Shown one piece after another: positions 24,756 to 37,821 of a stretch of DNA of 64,000 nucleotides. The notes under the pieces are model-generated. The model did no database searches. It had not been told where the DNA came from and saw only the letters and a program-made list of their open reading frames with translations. This DNA comes from Botryllus schlosseri (taxonomy: Eukaryota): the NCBI GenBank assembly GCA_051294905.1, contig CM119371.1, positions 24,616,001 through 24,680,000 of the forward strand, given 5' to 3'. A program made the position numbers and the translations under genes. How positions within the stretch are numbered: position 1 is the stretch's first letter; each line of letters starts with the position of its first letter.

Positions 24756-27337
24756 GCGTGTGTTCAGTGTTATCAGTGACATTGGTCTTGTAAAACGTGG
24801 TTGTCGTGTTGCACAATATACTTGTCGTATACTATTACGAAGAGGAGAGAATGAAAATGTTATTACGACTGCAAGAAGGTTGTTTTATGTTGAGTTGATT
24901 TGTCGCGGCAGTGTGTGACTAAATGAAAATAGATTCGTGGTTTTAATTGAATTGCACTATTTTAATGTATGTATCAATGTGGATACTTGACGCTGAACAA
25001 CAATTCGATTCACAAAACATATTCATTGTACAATTTCTCACCGGCGTGCAAAGGGTTAGGAACATTTTGATGCGGCTTCATCTACTCTTTGTTTAGAGGA
25101 CAACCATATGATGACTCAGCACTTTTCGTTTACAAAGTAGATTGTTTTGTTTGTAAGATTTGAGAGTCGTGACTAGAAATCACATCTCTCTTTTGTGGAA
25201 GTAACTCGATAACTGTGATGACATTGATAGGTGACCGTGTTTTAGTTTTTGAAAGATTTCGCGACGCCTGTATAATGTTTTCTAAAAGTCAAACTCGGAC
25301 GGATATGAATGTGTGGGACTTACGATAAACATTGTGCACCTAGAAGTTTAATACAAGAACTATGGTATTTCTGTAAGTACTATAATTTTGTGTTGGATTA
25401 TTTGAATATCTGGTTACGTCACCATTCGTGTAAAAATACTCTTGTGATTTCAAATCGGTTTGTAGACTATAACCAAACACTCTTTAGTTTGAAAGTCCAC
25501 ACCATCATTCTACAGTTTCGTAGTATTGGAATATCGAATGAAGTCGAATGTTTCGCGTTGTGTAAACATCTTTCGTACCTTGGTGTTTGTTTGTAGGGAT
25601 ATTCATTCGTTTTCTAAAAAGTAACTAGTTTTGATAATTTGAAAATCGAAGATGGTTAACATAATTTTCCTCAATACAGTACCAACATCGGTATCACCGA
25701 TGTGTAGCGTACGAAAAGAGTTTGTGACTAATTTGATTCAATGTGTTTCGATTATCGTAATGGTAGAAATTGACACGATGTTTCGGTAATGGATGTGTAT
25801 TATTCGCCACGTTGCCCAATCGGTGAATGGTTACGATATTGAATTTTGGTTTCAACTCGAATTGGCTAATATACAGCAACAGATAAGACTGTTCGTACTC
25901 TTGATATACAGATGAAAGTTTGATATGGCAAGCTCGACCATTCCAGTAGGATGGGTTTCGAAATATAATATGTTCTGGCAAAACGATCTATTAACTGAAA
26001 ATTCACACAGAGTTTCATAATCGGACCGAGGGAAAATTGTTTTCTATTACATTAAATTATTTTCTGCTACACTAACATAATTCGTATCTAGAAAACACCA
26101 TACACACCAATGACGTGATGCTTGTTAACATCAATTATGTAAAGAGTGAGTAAATCCTGTTCCAGGTTGGTGTGATTCAAATCAATAACATGTAACACAT
26201 AAGCATCATTTGTACTGTTTGTGATATTGTGGTGGTGTTAAACTCTTATGTAATGGGTGAGGTACGTGAACAAGTTTCCAATCAACTATTAATCGGAGGT
26301 ACGACTTCGGATTTACAAATCGTCGTATTTCTAAAATGCTTGCTGGTATCATAAGACCCAAATCGAAATTCATTTCAATCGATACCTTTGCATGCAATGA
26401 GTTTTGTGGTGGCATTTATTTCACCCGATAGAAATGAACTGGTATCAATTATAACGGGAAACGCATTTATCATTTTCGGTGTTGGTTGTGTTCCTGATTT
26501 CTTTGCCGGTATGCACTCTAGAAATATTTTCTTCCTTCTGAGTTAGGATGCGCTTAACGAATATCATACAAATTTTTTTGTGATGGTAATGACTTTCAGT
26601 AGTTTGGTTTTTATGATTACAATTACTTTAGAAGATTCAAATGATAATGTATGATCACTACTATGAACAACAATACAAACATATTTTTGTAGATTTCAGT
26701 GTAGCGCATAATTCGATTTTGTTGATGTTATGAGTTTTGTATTAACCAAGACCGGTTGAATAGGATGCATCCAGTAAAGACATTCCAAATTGCTCGTGTG
26801 CTGATCAAAGTGTTGGAGTGTGACCTCGTAATGTTTCACATTTCACGCGTTCGGCAAAGGGTGTAAAAATAGTTCAACACGGTTGAAATGATGCCCCCGA
26901 ATTCCAAAGTGATATTTTCGTACTGTGCCAATGTTTCAATTCGCAGTCACAGATTCTGACAATAAAGTACTGCGCCGGTTGTTAATCAACAAACGAAATT
27001 GTTTTTCTATCTTTAGTCTTGGTTACCGGAAACAATTACATTTGTAAAATATTTTCTGATATCCACGATACGTAGAGTGATTTGTACCAACGTGGAGTAA
27101 TTTTCCAATCAAGAACCTTTCAGACACGCTTGTCTAGTTTTAAAAATCAATATGTTAATAACCATGGTAGTGAAAAGTTTGTTGCTCTCATAATAACCTT
27201 TACCACAACCCCGGGTCTAATTAACGTGAAAAATATAATAATCAAGTCATGACTCATGATCGACCATTACAAAATCTCATATGTCAAATCAATGTGTCAA
27301 TCCTTGTGTTTACAGCATTATACCTTTCAATATAAAG

Positions 27338-28894
27338 TAGGGTTGCCATACGTCCAGAATTTCCCGGACATGTCCGGAATTTCACTGTTCGAACTAGCGT
27401 CCGGGAGGAATTTCTAAAATATGCCAAATGTCCGGAATTTTGAAGACTTGACGTAGGCTCATATTTTTTTCGTAAATTAACATAAAAACATTAATTTGGG
27501 GAATATTTATGCCGATGCATGATGTTTTTTTCGCGCTGCGCGCGATTTATCATCTCATTTATTGATTTTAATTTGGGGACTACCAACTTCGCAGGAAGTG
27601 CTGTAAAATATCAATAAAAACAACCTTCATTTACTGGAATTAGTCTAATTGTAATCGCAATTATAGGAGAACGGTATATTCCTAGAGATCGTTAAGGCCG
27701 TTTAAATGCTTAATTCAATGATATATAGTGATCCAAACGTGGCGGTCGTTTGCCTTTATTCTGGGGTTCGCGAATATGTTGAACGTAATCAGCTTCCAAA
27801 ATAGCCCGTGAGTAAGTCCGGCAACGGTGCTGACTTCTTTTAGTAATCAGCTCGTCAAATTTTGATCCAGGCCACGGAACATTTTCAAATTGGAGATGGA
27901 GTCGTGACCATAAAAGGTTGAAAACCACTGGATGTGGGGTGTTTATAACGCTCAATGGTGCGCACCGGCATAAAGTTGATAAACAATCTTATCGGTGGGA
28001 CATGAACATGACTTAACGATGTACAATTACGCTCCCTGTATTTTCGAACGCATTATCCTTCACCAGCTCGGTACCGCTAACTCTGATCATGTGGGCGGAG
28101 AGTAGTAACTATAGTAACTATATAGTAATATATCGAACAAACATGAGTGAATTCATTCAAAAAATTTAACGACCAGATGCATATAGACACCACATTCATA
28201 TAGCAGCCCCCCCCCCCCCCCCATTGATTACTCTATGGTAGGGATACCAAACGTCCTCTTTGACGAGGATTTGTCCTCTTTTTGACTTTTTTGAAAACGT
28301 CCTCCGAGGACGCCCTTTTTTCTTCTTTTTTTGAGATTTTGTTTTCTTTTTTGAGAATTTTGGTAAAATTTACGGCGAAAATGGACTGAGATGTCGTAAA
28401 TCAGCACTGAAGTTACGCTCAAGCGGGTATTTCGGGAGCTGAGTGGGAGATGACCTTTTTTCTTTTCTTTTTTAGTCAATCACCCGACAATGTGAATGGA
28501 AAAACTGTATTCTGGTCGCCAAACGAGAAAGTTGGACTTTTTTCTAGTCAACCGACCACGAAGTGTAAAAAATTTACCGTTAATTCAGGATTTTCAACCG
28601 GTTTTGCATGTCTGAAAATTCTGAAAAAGTGTCTTATTTCACATTTCCCAAATATGGTAACCCTACCTATGGTGGGCTCAAAATCATTGCTTATTTGGGT
28701 GGGAAGGGGCTGAAAATGTGGTTTCTATCCCGGTTACACAACACACAGCCACATACATACTCCTGAACCGGATCGTGACCACCTCTGGTCTATGAGCAAA
28801 GCTTTGCTAGTGTGACGTCATAACTCATTTTGAAATCCTCTAGTGGGCGCCAAAGAGTGTCCGGAATTTGTGTCACAGAAATATGGTAACCCTA
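27338..28894. mobile_element. hAT-type non-autonomous element inserted in the right arm
   Basis: TIRs TAGGGTTGCCATA / TATGGTAACCCTA. Perfect 8-bp TSD ATATAAAG at 27330-27337 and 28895-28902. Absent from the left arm near 9650. Confidence 0.92.
28239..28665. mobile_element. MITE nested in 27338-28894, same family as 29688-30120
   Basis: TIRs TAGGGATACCAAA / TATGGTAACCCTA with GTCCTCTTTT arrays. CTATGG is duplicated at the flanks. Absent from the sibling copy at 43754-44592. Confidence 0.85.
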
Positions 28895-29687
28895 ATATAA
28901 AGCCATCGTTCGGTTGTAAGAAACGAATTCTTAACTACGTTAGTCATACTTTCAAATATCGTATACTCAAACATATTATGTTAATATCAAGTCGCCTGCA
29001 CCGAGTAGTAAGCGCTTTTGTCTTAAAAAATACATCTAGTAGTAATTACTTTGTCTTGCAGAATATACCGCGTAGTAATTCCTTTCTCTTACAGAATAGT
29101 AACGACTTTTACAGTGGAATAAAAAAGACGAGTTGGCGGTATATGACTACAACCAAACTTATTATGAATTTTAGGTTGTAGTGGTTGCATGTTCTCGCAA
29201 TCTTGTCTACTTTTCACACGGATACTGTTTGAGTTGGTTGGGTAAGTTGCAAACGGATTGACTTGACAAGGTTTTTGTATTTTACTGTTTTGCGTATGGC
29301 AAGATATTAAAATGTTGAGATGTCATAGTGATAGTACTTCTGAAACTCTCTTTGACAAACGTAAAGCCAATTCACGAATAGACTTTGCGATGTTTCATTA
29401 CTTGTTTCAAATCAATGTGCGTATAATATCGAAATGTGACTGGGTGAAAGTTGGTAGTCATGTTTGTCAATCCTATTTCAATTCACACTACACCAAAGTC
29501 AAACTATTTCATTTTGGTTGATCTCAATTTACCTATAGAACATCTCGCGAGTGGATTCCGACGCCGTACTATAACATTCCTAATAATATGGATTCGAGGA
29601 TTTTCATGATAGAGTTGGCGAGTGATAAGATGCGTGTTTTTGTTAAGAGTTTGATTTCAAGTTGATATATGCAATCACCGTATAATG

Positions 29688-30120
29688 TAGGGTTACCATA
29701 CGTCCTCTTTTCAGAGGATTTGTCCTCTTTTTTGACTTATTTGAAAGTGTCCTAGGAGGACGCCCTTTTGTCCTCTTTTTTGAGATTTTGTCCTCTTTTT
29801 GAAAATTTAGTTCAGATTTAGACGAAATTGCGACTGATAAATTAAATTAGCACAGAAGTGACGCTCCGGCGGGTATTTTGGAGTGAAAAACGAAGAATTT
29901 AGCTATGAGCGAACAATTACCTTTTTTTTAGTCATCCACCTAGCAATACGGAAAGAAAAACGGTATTTTGAGCTCTGAGCGGACAGATGACTTTTTTATT
30001 TTTAGTCAACCGGTCGCAAAGACGGAAAAATTCACCGGTTTTTGAGAATACTATTCCGGTTTTGCAAGGCTCGAATTTCTGAGTGTGCTCTTTTTAGATT
30101 TCCAAAATATGGTAAGCCTA
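29688..30120. mobile_element. hAT-type MITE in the right arm
   Basis: TIRs TAGGGTTACCATA / TATGGTAAGCCTA. Perfect 8-bp TSD GTATAATG at 29680-29687 and 30121-30128. The empty site is in the left arm near 8860. Confidence 0.93.
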
Positions 30121-31109
30121 GTATAATGTGCATACTTGTGATTCTTGATTCTTGCATAGCTAGTTGATATTGATTCTATAGGTGTGAAAACAGCGGCGCG
30201 GAATGTGTGAGTGATCCGACGTGTTTGAAAGATGGTGTCAGTAATATTCAGGTTACGTTCGAATCAAGAGATCGCGTTAAAAGGATTAGAGTTGTGTCGA
30301 ATCAACACATTCAAATACGAATAAACTTGATTTGTGTTGTAAGTTTCATTTCAAGTTGACAAATTGACACATTGCTTGAATATTCTCATGATTCGTATCA
30401 CGCAACTAAAGTCAACCCCTATTCCGGAGGCGTGGAAACATATAGCGATCGCCGGAAAGTGTCAAATTGTTGGTTTTCGAACCACGGTCTGCGACGGTTC
30501 TGTGACAAACTAATTACCAAAATATTACCTTGAGAATGGTTCCTACCTCTGTAACACGAAACCACAGAAGATAGCTATGTCTGAGGTGTTATCCTGTGAG
30601 CGATGGTAGGATTTTACAAATATTTCACACATTTTTGAAGTGTTAGTTTGTGAGCGCGGCTATGGTTAGTATTCGAATCGCCATCTACGCCGGCTCTGTG
30701 GTAAACTAATTACCAAATATTACCTTGCAAGTGATTCCTAGATTTAGCAAACTATTTCACACCTTTTTGCTGAAATTACTACATCCCGCCGCAGCCTATA
30801 CCCGAAAGGGTGGCATCACCAGACATCTCATATACATGACAGGCGAATCAACGGAGCACCCATAAGAATAACGATATATTGATTTCTCACTCACCCTAAA
30901 CATTGGGATTAATTCGAATCGGTCACTTATAATAATTTGGAATATACACATTAAGAAACGATCAATCACGTGACTACTTACCAGAGGTGGTCAGTGACGA
31001 ATTACTTCTAATTTTTGAAGTACTTGAAGTAGATTTTCCCTACTCAAACTACTTTTTAAGTAGGTATGATTTTAGACTACTTCTACGTTTTATTTACTAC
31101 ATCCTAGAA

Positions 31110-31460
31110 TGGATTCCATGCTGTGAGCACCTTTCTTAATATGAAATTGTAATCCATATTCATATCTGAGATCCATCAAAGATTCCAGATTCAACCTTTT
31201 CGTATGATGTGGATACTAGGTATACCCACTTTGGTAGCGCAGCGGAAAATTGTCCATTTACAAGTAAAAAGAGATGAGGCGGATATCAGTATTTTAGTTA
31301 AACTTTCCAGGGATGAACTTGATAGCTTTATACTCTTCTTTTGTCTTGGTAGATGGACCAATTGGTGCCGAGAGAATAAATTCCCTTTGTGCAAAAGTAC
31401 AATTTTTAGGCTTGACAAACTGCTTTTTTGACGAACAAAGTTCTCGCATCAGGTCATGTT
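31110..31460 (-). pseudogene. Decayed DNA transposase fragment, Chapaev3 (CMC)-like
   Basis: Frameshifted minus-strand peptides SSLSSLKIVLLHKGNLF / APIGPSTKTKEEYKAIKFI / SGYT*YP / EKVESGIFDGSQI resemble recalled family motifs (SSKRSLKCVLLHNGN..PIGHS..KEEY; QSGYTKYP; KAGIFDGPQI). The family name is from memory and unverified. Confidence 0.55.
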
Positions 31461-32435
31461 AATATTGATGGAATAACTGAAAATGATATGAGTGTTCACC
31501 ATAGTAAAATATCTATTTATGCGCAGTAATAAAGTGGAAAAATCCAAGATATACGTTCGACCAAATGAAATATTCCAGTGTAAATACAGTGATTTTAGGC
31601 TTTTTTAGGGGTAGAAATATCTTCTCTTCTACGGCCAATCTGGAAAAACTAATCTTTAATTCGTAATCAGCAACCTCGAAAACCCCAGAAACGGCTCTCA
31701 GATGTTCTGCCTAAATTTTTTTTTTCATTTTGTTGACCAGTGTAATCGATGCTAAAAATGCCAGCTGAAACTTTTCGTGAAATCGCAATCACACTCAAGA
31801 CCAGATGTTGCAAAGAGATACAGTTCCAAAACTGCGAATTGACGACAGGGAAGCTCTTTGAATTCTTCATGGGATATAAAGATAACCATCTGTCTGTATG
31901 TTGAAAGAATGCTCCTGAAATGCGAATTGTTTAGATTGGGTGTGAACATCAGGGTGATCGTGATCTGTCGGTAGACTGCAAGATTCAATTGAGAGCCACA
32001 CACTACTAATCACAGTACATATTGGGTGAAAGGGCAATATTGACATGAATTTGTCATTACTCGTGGCATTGCTAGACCACGGAGACTTTTGAATCTGTTC
32101 AGTAGAAAGCCACTTACTAGTAATCACCCCCTGGTCTGAATCGGAATAAAAGAATCAAAGCCACTTCAGTACATCACATATGTAGTTGAAATTTGGCTTT
32201 GATTCATTCTGAATATGCATCAGTCCATGATCCAGTTTGAACACTACATAATATATATGATTTCCTATATAATCGTAATTTGATGTAAGTTGACTTTCGG
32301 GGTATGAGAACACAAATCCACAAATTATAATTACCGGACATGACGATTTCTAGAGTTCGCCATTTCGTCGATATATTTGATGCTACATTAGGCATCATGC
32401 GACTTGGTTATCTTCATCTAGCCTACGCCATATGC

Positions 32436-32695
32436 CAGGGGTGGGCAATTATTTACTCAGCTGGCCAAATTAAAAGCAGGCAATACCACTGCGTGGTAAC
32501 TTTTGAAATTGATGTAATAGTGAAGTTTCATGACTAGTCTCAGGCTTCCGGACTAGTTTTGGAGCGAATTTCCAGTCTTCAAATTAAAAAAAAGATACTT
32601 GGCAGTAAACACTGTCGAATATTCGAAATCCAAAATACTATTGCGGGCCGCAAAAGATGGTCTCGCGGGCACCGTGTTTGAGATTGAGACCTCTG
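32436..32695. mobile_element. Short hAT MITE
   Basis: CAGGGGTGGGCAA / TTGAGACCTCTG ends. Degenerate TSD CCATATGC / CTATATGT. GCGGGCCGC subterminal motif. Confidence 0.65.
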
Positions 32696-34294
32696 CTATA
32701 TGTATTGATATTAGGACATGGGAAAGTGACGGCTTATAAGCATCATAATTCAGAACAACGGTAACATCATAATTTTAAACTATATTTTATTGCACAGGCA
32801 CGTTTTTCTAGTAAGACATTAAAAAGTGAATTTTGGATACTACAATTCCTGTCTTGGTCGCCGCCTTCCATGTAGTGTGCAGTTTGGTGAAACAGCCTTG
32901 TTGTTGCTGGAAACTAACAGTGTTTCCCAAATTCGCCCTTCCCTAGCCGAGTGTCTATCTTCGTGTTTTTGTCATCAAACAGACTTAAAATATACTCCAC
33001 TGCGACCTGCTTGCAACAGACTAAGATGATGGTTTCACCTCTGACTCCATCATACAAATATTTAGTAGTACGAATCTATTCTGGAATTTCGGCATTCGGC
33101 ACGCACCTTCCATTTTTGACATGCCCGGACGTTCATCGCTTATGGCCTGTGATGACTGATCAAGCACAGACACTGGACACTGATTGACTTGTTTTACCAA
33201 TTTGGTATTTGCAAATCTTCCACGTAACAATTAGGGCGGGCTGGGTGCTTGAGACCGCTGCCATATAGGGATATAAGAAGGATTATATCGTAATTCTGTG
33301 TGGTACACGTGTCTCTGCGCACGTGAAAAAATAGACAAGTTCGAAATAATTATAATCGCCAGCGAATACATTTGTTAAGAAAAAAAACATGAAATGGCTA
33401 ATTCTGTTGCTAGCCCGGGTAAGCTTCGATCATTTTCTACGTTTGTCACATGCTGGAAATTTCTGATGTAAACTATGTAACAAAGTATGCAGTGTACGGC
33501 AAACAGTTTCCAGAATTGGACTTGATTGTTAACGAATAAAAACGGCGTTCGTTACCTTGGCTTTGATGACCGCAATGATCAGATAGTCTCTAGAGTCATT
33601 ATTTACGGACCATGATTGTATTCGTATTGCTAATTCTACTGTTCCTTATAAACCGGAACTCGGATTTGATTATTTCACAACGTTCAATCATTAATATTCT
33701 AACTGTAGAATTCTATAAGCGATCATTATATTCTACCCATCATATCATTAATATTATTTCTTTTATTGAAAGTTTATGGAAACATGTGGTAATACATATA
33801 TGTGTGTAATGTCGGCAATGAAGATAAAAAAAATATAAAATTTATTGAGTCGATTGATATCGATAACGGTAACAACAGCAACTATATTTGAAAGAATGCT
33901 AACTAACTTTTATTACTTTGACGCTTTGTTATCTAGAATGCCTCATTAATTATATACCTGACTGTCAATTGGATTGGGTATCTCAAAATTGATTTGAAAA
34001 ACTAACGGTTGGTTCTAATTCACATCCATATGTCGTGCATGTTAAATGTATCTTATTGGGCTGTGTGGTGTCTTTGGATGGTCGTGCAAATTTTCAATAT
34101 AATTTAGAAATGTATGTCTTATTTTTCATTGTGGTCTACATTTATACGAATTCATCGATGCTTAGTTATCATACAATTCACCATATCATTGGATATGTCG
34201 AAACTATATTATATCGATGCGAGTTAGAATGATATAATATAACCAAGTACAAAATCATTTTTGAGTATAATTCACACATATTTGTTTCATACAG

Positions 34295-34462
34295 CTTTCG
34301 AGACTGAACATCTTGGATAGTACAATGCTTCCAGACGCTTATTACGACGTGGCAAATATCGTCAAAATCACCAAATGTACTATTCTGCATTTCCAATCTT
34401 GCGATTTGTCAATACAGAAGTTGGAAAGCTTGGGTAAGGGTTGCAAGGAAAGTCACAGCTTG
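34295..34462 (+). CDS. Candidate internal exon (168 nt, phase 0-0) of a host LRR-type gene
   Basis: tttgtttcatacag acceptor and GTAAGC donor. Open frame LSRLNILDSTMLPDAYYDVANIVKITKCTILHFQSCDLSIQKLESLGKGCKESHSL (56 aa = 2x28) with leucine spacing like ribonuclease-inhibitor-type LRR exons. Confidence 0.55.
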
Positions 34463-35008
34463 GTAAGCTGATCAATTTTCTTTTTCATTTAAACTTTTCT
34501 AAGAAGAAATCGCATCCGAAAACCACAAATACCAAAAAAATATTTGAAGGCATTTCATTTTTGGTCCAGATGTCCGTCATAGTCCATGGTTATTGTTGTT
34601 GATGTTGTTCGTGATATTTATGGCTTATTCGACTACCATGGTCATTCACACCAAACCGATTAGCTTTATTTTGATTCCGTATCCATGACGACAACACTTG
34701 TGCGGATTAAATGGCGTGGAGGAGCCTAGATAAACCTGCAACACCTGGTAAAGGATTCTGGAGTCGATCTCGGTCGTACTCGAACCCGCAACCTACTGTT
34801 GTTGCAACTGTGGACCATACCACTACGCTATATCGGCACCCACGTCAGAATTCCTCGTATTTACATTCGGTATTGTGGCATTTACATCACGTGACGTCGG
34901 ACACGGTGAGATTACTCGGGATGGCAGGCTTCTTCACATAATAATGACTCCATAGTTCATATGAGCAGTGCCAGCACTCTCAAAGTTAGGAGTCAGCAAA
35001 CGTTTTAG

Positions 35009-35584
35009 CAGGGTAACCAAGTCACAAGGCTACCAGTCAAAAGTCAATCTCAGTTTTATAGTTTTGACTCGAGTCAAGTCGAGTCATTTTCAATTCACCA
35101 CCGAGTCAAGCCCTAGTCCAAGTCACCGAGCAGCGGGTCTAGTCCGAGTCATGGTATTATGACTTGAGTCGAGTCCAAGTCATTGTGTTGACTGCCCAGT
35201 TTCCAGATAAAGGCTTGTTAAATCCACTTTATATAATTCTGTTTGGTGATATCGAATGGTGCGCTTTTATAATAATCGAATTTTCGTCATTCTTAGCAGT
35301 TTCCGGACGTATTTTCAAGTACCAGTACCAATAGACGAAATCCCAATAGTGTGATTACTTAACTATTCCTCGAAATTACAATGAAACGTCGGTCTTGGCC
35401 TTCTGAGTCTCGAGTCATATGACTTGGTTCGACTCATGCGCAATGACTCGATTCCAAGTCGAGTCAATACTCAAATTGACTCGAGATGAGTGGAGCCATT
35501 TCCGTATTTTGAGAAAATGACTCGAGTCAAGTCGAGTCATCTGTTAAACGTGACTCGAGTCGGACTCGAGTCATTACAACCCTG
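35009..35584 (+). mobile_element. hAT-type MITE with GACTCGAGTC arrays
   Basis: CAGGG..CCCTG ends. TSD CGTTTTAG / CGTTTTGG. A sibling in the opposite orientation lies at 62972-63498. Confidence 0.85.
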
Positions 35585-37821
35585 CGTTTTGGCTGTTGTT
35601 ATGTATTCGTAATGGACATCTATTTGCGTTACACACAATAGTGTAATTAGTAGGGAGATTACATTTTGCATTAAAAATGAAAATATTGACAATTGTTGAT
35701 ATTAAGAAACCTAATTTTGATAAAATTTTGCGTTCAAGCTTAAGAAACAAGAATTTAAATCGAAGTGGCGTAGAACGTGGAGTTTATGGTCGCAAAGTGA
35801 CTTATGTCCAGTTTTCAGATTTTGAAGGACCATTTTAAAACTTGAAAAAACGCAAGTTTTTGAAAAAATTTCAATTTTTTTTGGCCATATCTTGATCATG
35901 GTTATGTATATTTCATTAATTCAAAGTCAATCAGGGCCAATATATGGCTGAAAAAAAAACTCTACGTAAAGTGAATTTTCTCAAAATGTGTAAAATGAAC
36001 ATAAGTCGCGTTGATTCCACTCCCACAATATAGTCACTCAAAGTATATACAATTGGGACACAATTTATAGAATGTCATTTTAGATTTTATAGCAGTCCAA
36101 AGGTAATCAATTGGATTGGATTGTTCTCTTGTCGAACACCTTCGACCCGACAATAAAAACTGTTTGTCTCGCGAAGAACTGCAAGGTTTGAATGGTGTGC
36201 CTTCCGTGCCATTGGTTTTTGATTTAGATTAGGGCAGGCGTTGCCAATCAAAACGGGTAGAAGACCACTTTTCAAATTTGATTCGGGCCGTGGGCCGCAA
36301 GAATGCAATATCGAGACAAAATAGACCACACTTTTAGTAACCATAACTTATTTACGTCAGAACAACGATGTGTTCTCTAACTTTGGCGACGGGCATAGTT
36401 CCAACAAAAAAGGTACAATTTTAATAAAGAAATACAAATATCATGATCATCAATTGAATATTATTTTGAAATATGAGCTGCACACGATACCCGACTAAGA
36501 TTTTAAGCGAATAAGGAATCAATATTGGATCTTGCGAGACACTGTACTAACTGAAAGACTATAACTCCCCCGTAAAGCTTCATCTTATGGGGACCAATAG
36601 GCTCTTTTATAAGCGCATCAGTCTTTGCAGTGTCTCAACAATTGCACGTCATGGCATTATGCCGAATTGTCGATTCATATCAGCTGATTCTTACTAGATG
36701 GAATGCTGTAGCCATTTCAGCTAGCGAGGAATAATGATGTGAGGCACAAGAAAATAGCTTATTTTCAAACAGCAGCAACAATATTTCGAAACTGAAATCA
36801 ATTTCAGCATTTCAAAATGCTTTACTTTGCGTTCTTCCAAAATCTGAAATCAATCGGCGGGCCGCAGAATATGACCGAGGGCCAAGCCCAAGTCAGGAAA
36901 TAGAAGGGATTAGGCAATTAGCTAAGATTCGGCACAAATTATTGACTCATTGATTTCATAAACTTCGTTTCGCTCGAGCGACATCGCCCCCTTTCAGATT
37001 ATTTCATTCCCCCAGTTTGAGAAACACTGGCATAGAACCCAACAAAAAGGTTCGCGTTCCGACGAACCAGAACATTTCAAAGGTTCCAACCTTATCTTCT
37101 TTTCTACGTTTCTGATTGGAACTGTCTGTCCATACGAAGGAGGTTAGCAAGAACAGAAAACAAACGTTCAAGAGCAGCACTTGTTTGCTGGCAGTATTGT
37201 AGTTCAGCGTATAGTGCTGGAGTTGTAATAAAAAAACCGTTGCTTCATACTGGTGATGTTGTCTACATCGAAATATTTAGACCCCAAAATATCGCGATCC
37301 ACCTTTACGTTAAGAACCACTATGCTACGGTAACTAATGTAGACCACGCAGTCAAGATTCAGATTCGAGATATCGGCGTGAACTTGTAAAAACGTCAGAC
37401 CTACTGAAATTTCACTCCGTTATAGATGGGATTTTCATCGCGGCAAGTCAAACTATTTGTTTCATTCGGTCCTTTATCATTCAATATGACTAGTCAATTG
37501 GTCATCTACAACAGCAGGCCTATAAACTGCTACAATGTGTAAAATGTCATATTATAAGTTCTCCGACCGGCAAAAAAACTTTCCAATTTTTAAACTTCGT
37601 TAAGTAACGACAGTTCCAAACAGATAATTGCTTCACATCAAACATTTTGTGAAGAAATGCCTAATTAAATAGTTGAGGTCAAAAGTTTAATATATTTTTT
37701 AATGTCAGAAAATGCCAAAATTCTAATTTTGATAGGTCAAAAATTAATCACCCGACTTATAAGAAAGGTATATTTCATTACGTGATATGAATATAACAAG
37801 ATCTATGCATGTTGATTTTAG

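Larger units (their letters stand above)
23691..30315 (-). repeat. Right arm of giant inverted repeat (native segments 23691-27337, 28903-29687, 30129-30315)
   Basis: Mirror of the left arm, interrupted by two hAT MITE insertions with 8-bp TSDs. The same short ORFs appear on opposite strands, e.g. 20829-21194(-) vs 25309-25596(+) and 9346-9570(-) vs 28843-29181(+). Confidence 0.93.

Noticed and set aside
8660..30315. Confident call as Polinton/Maverick or parvovirus
   Set aside because: I found no PolB, integrase, ATPase, capsid or NS1 Walker-A motifs, and no (AG)n termini with a 6-bp TSD. It is kept only as an unclassified hypothesis.
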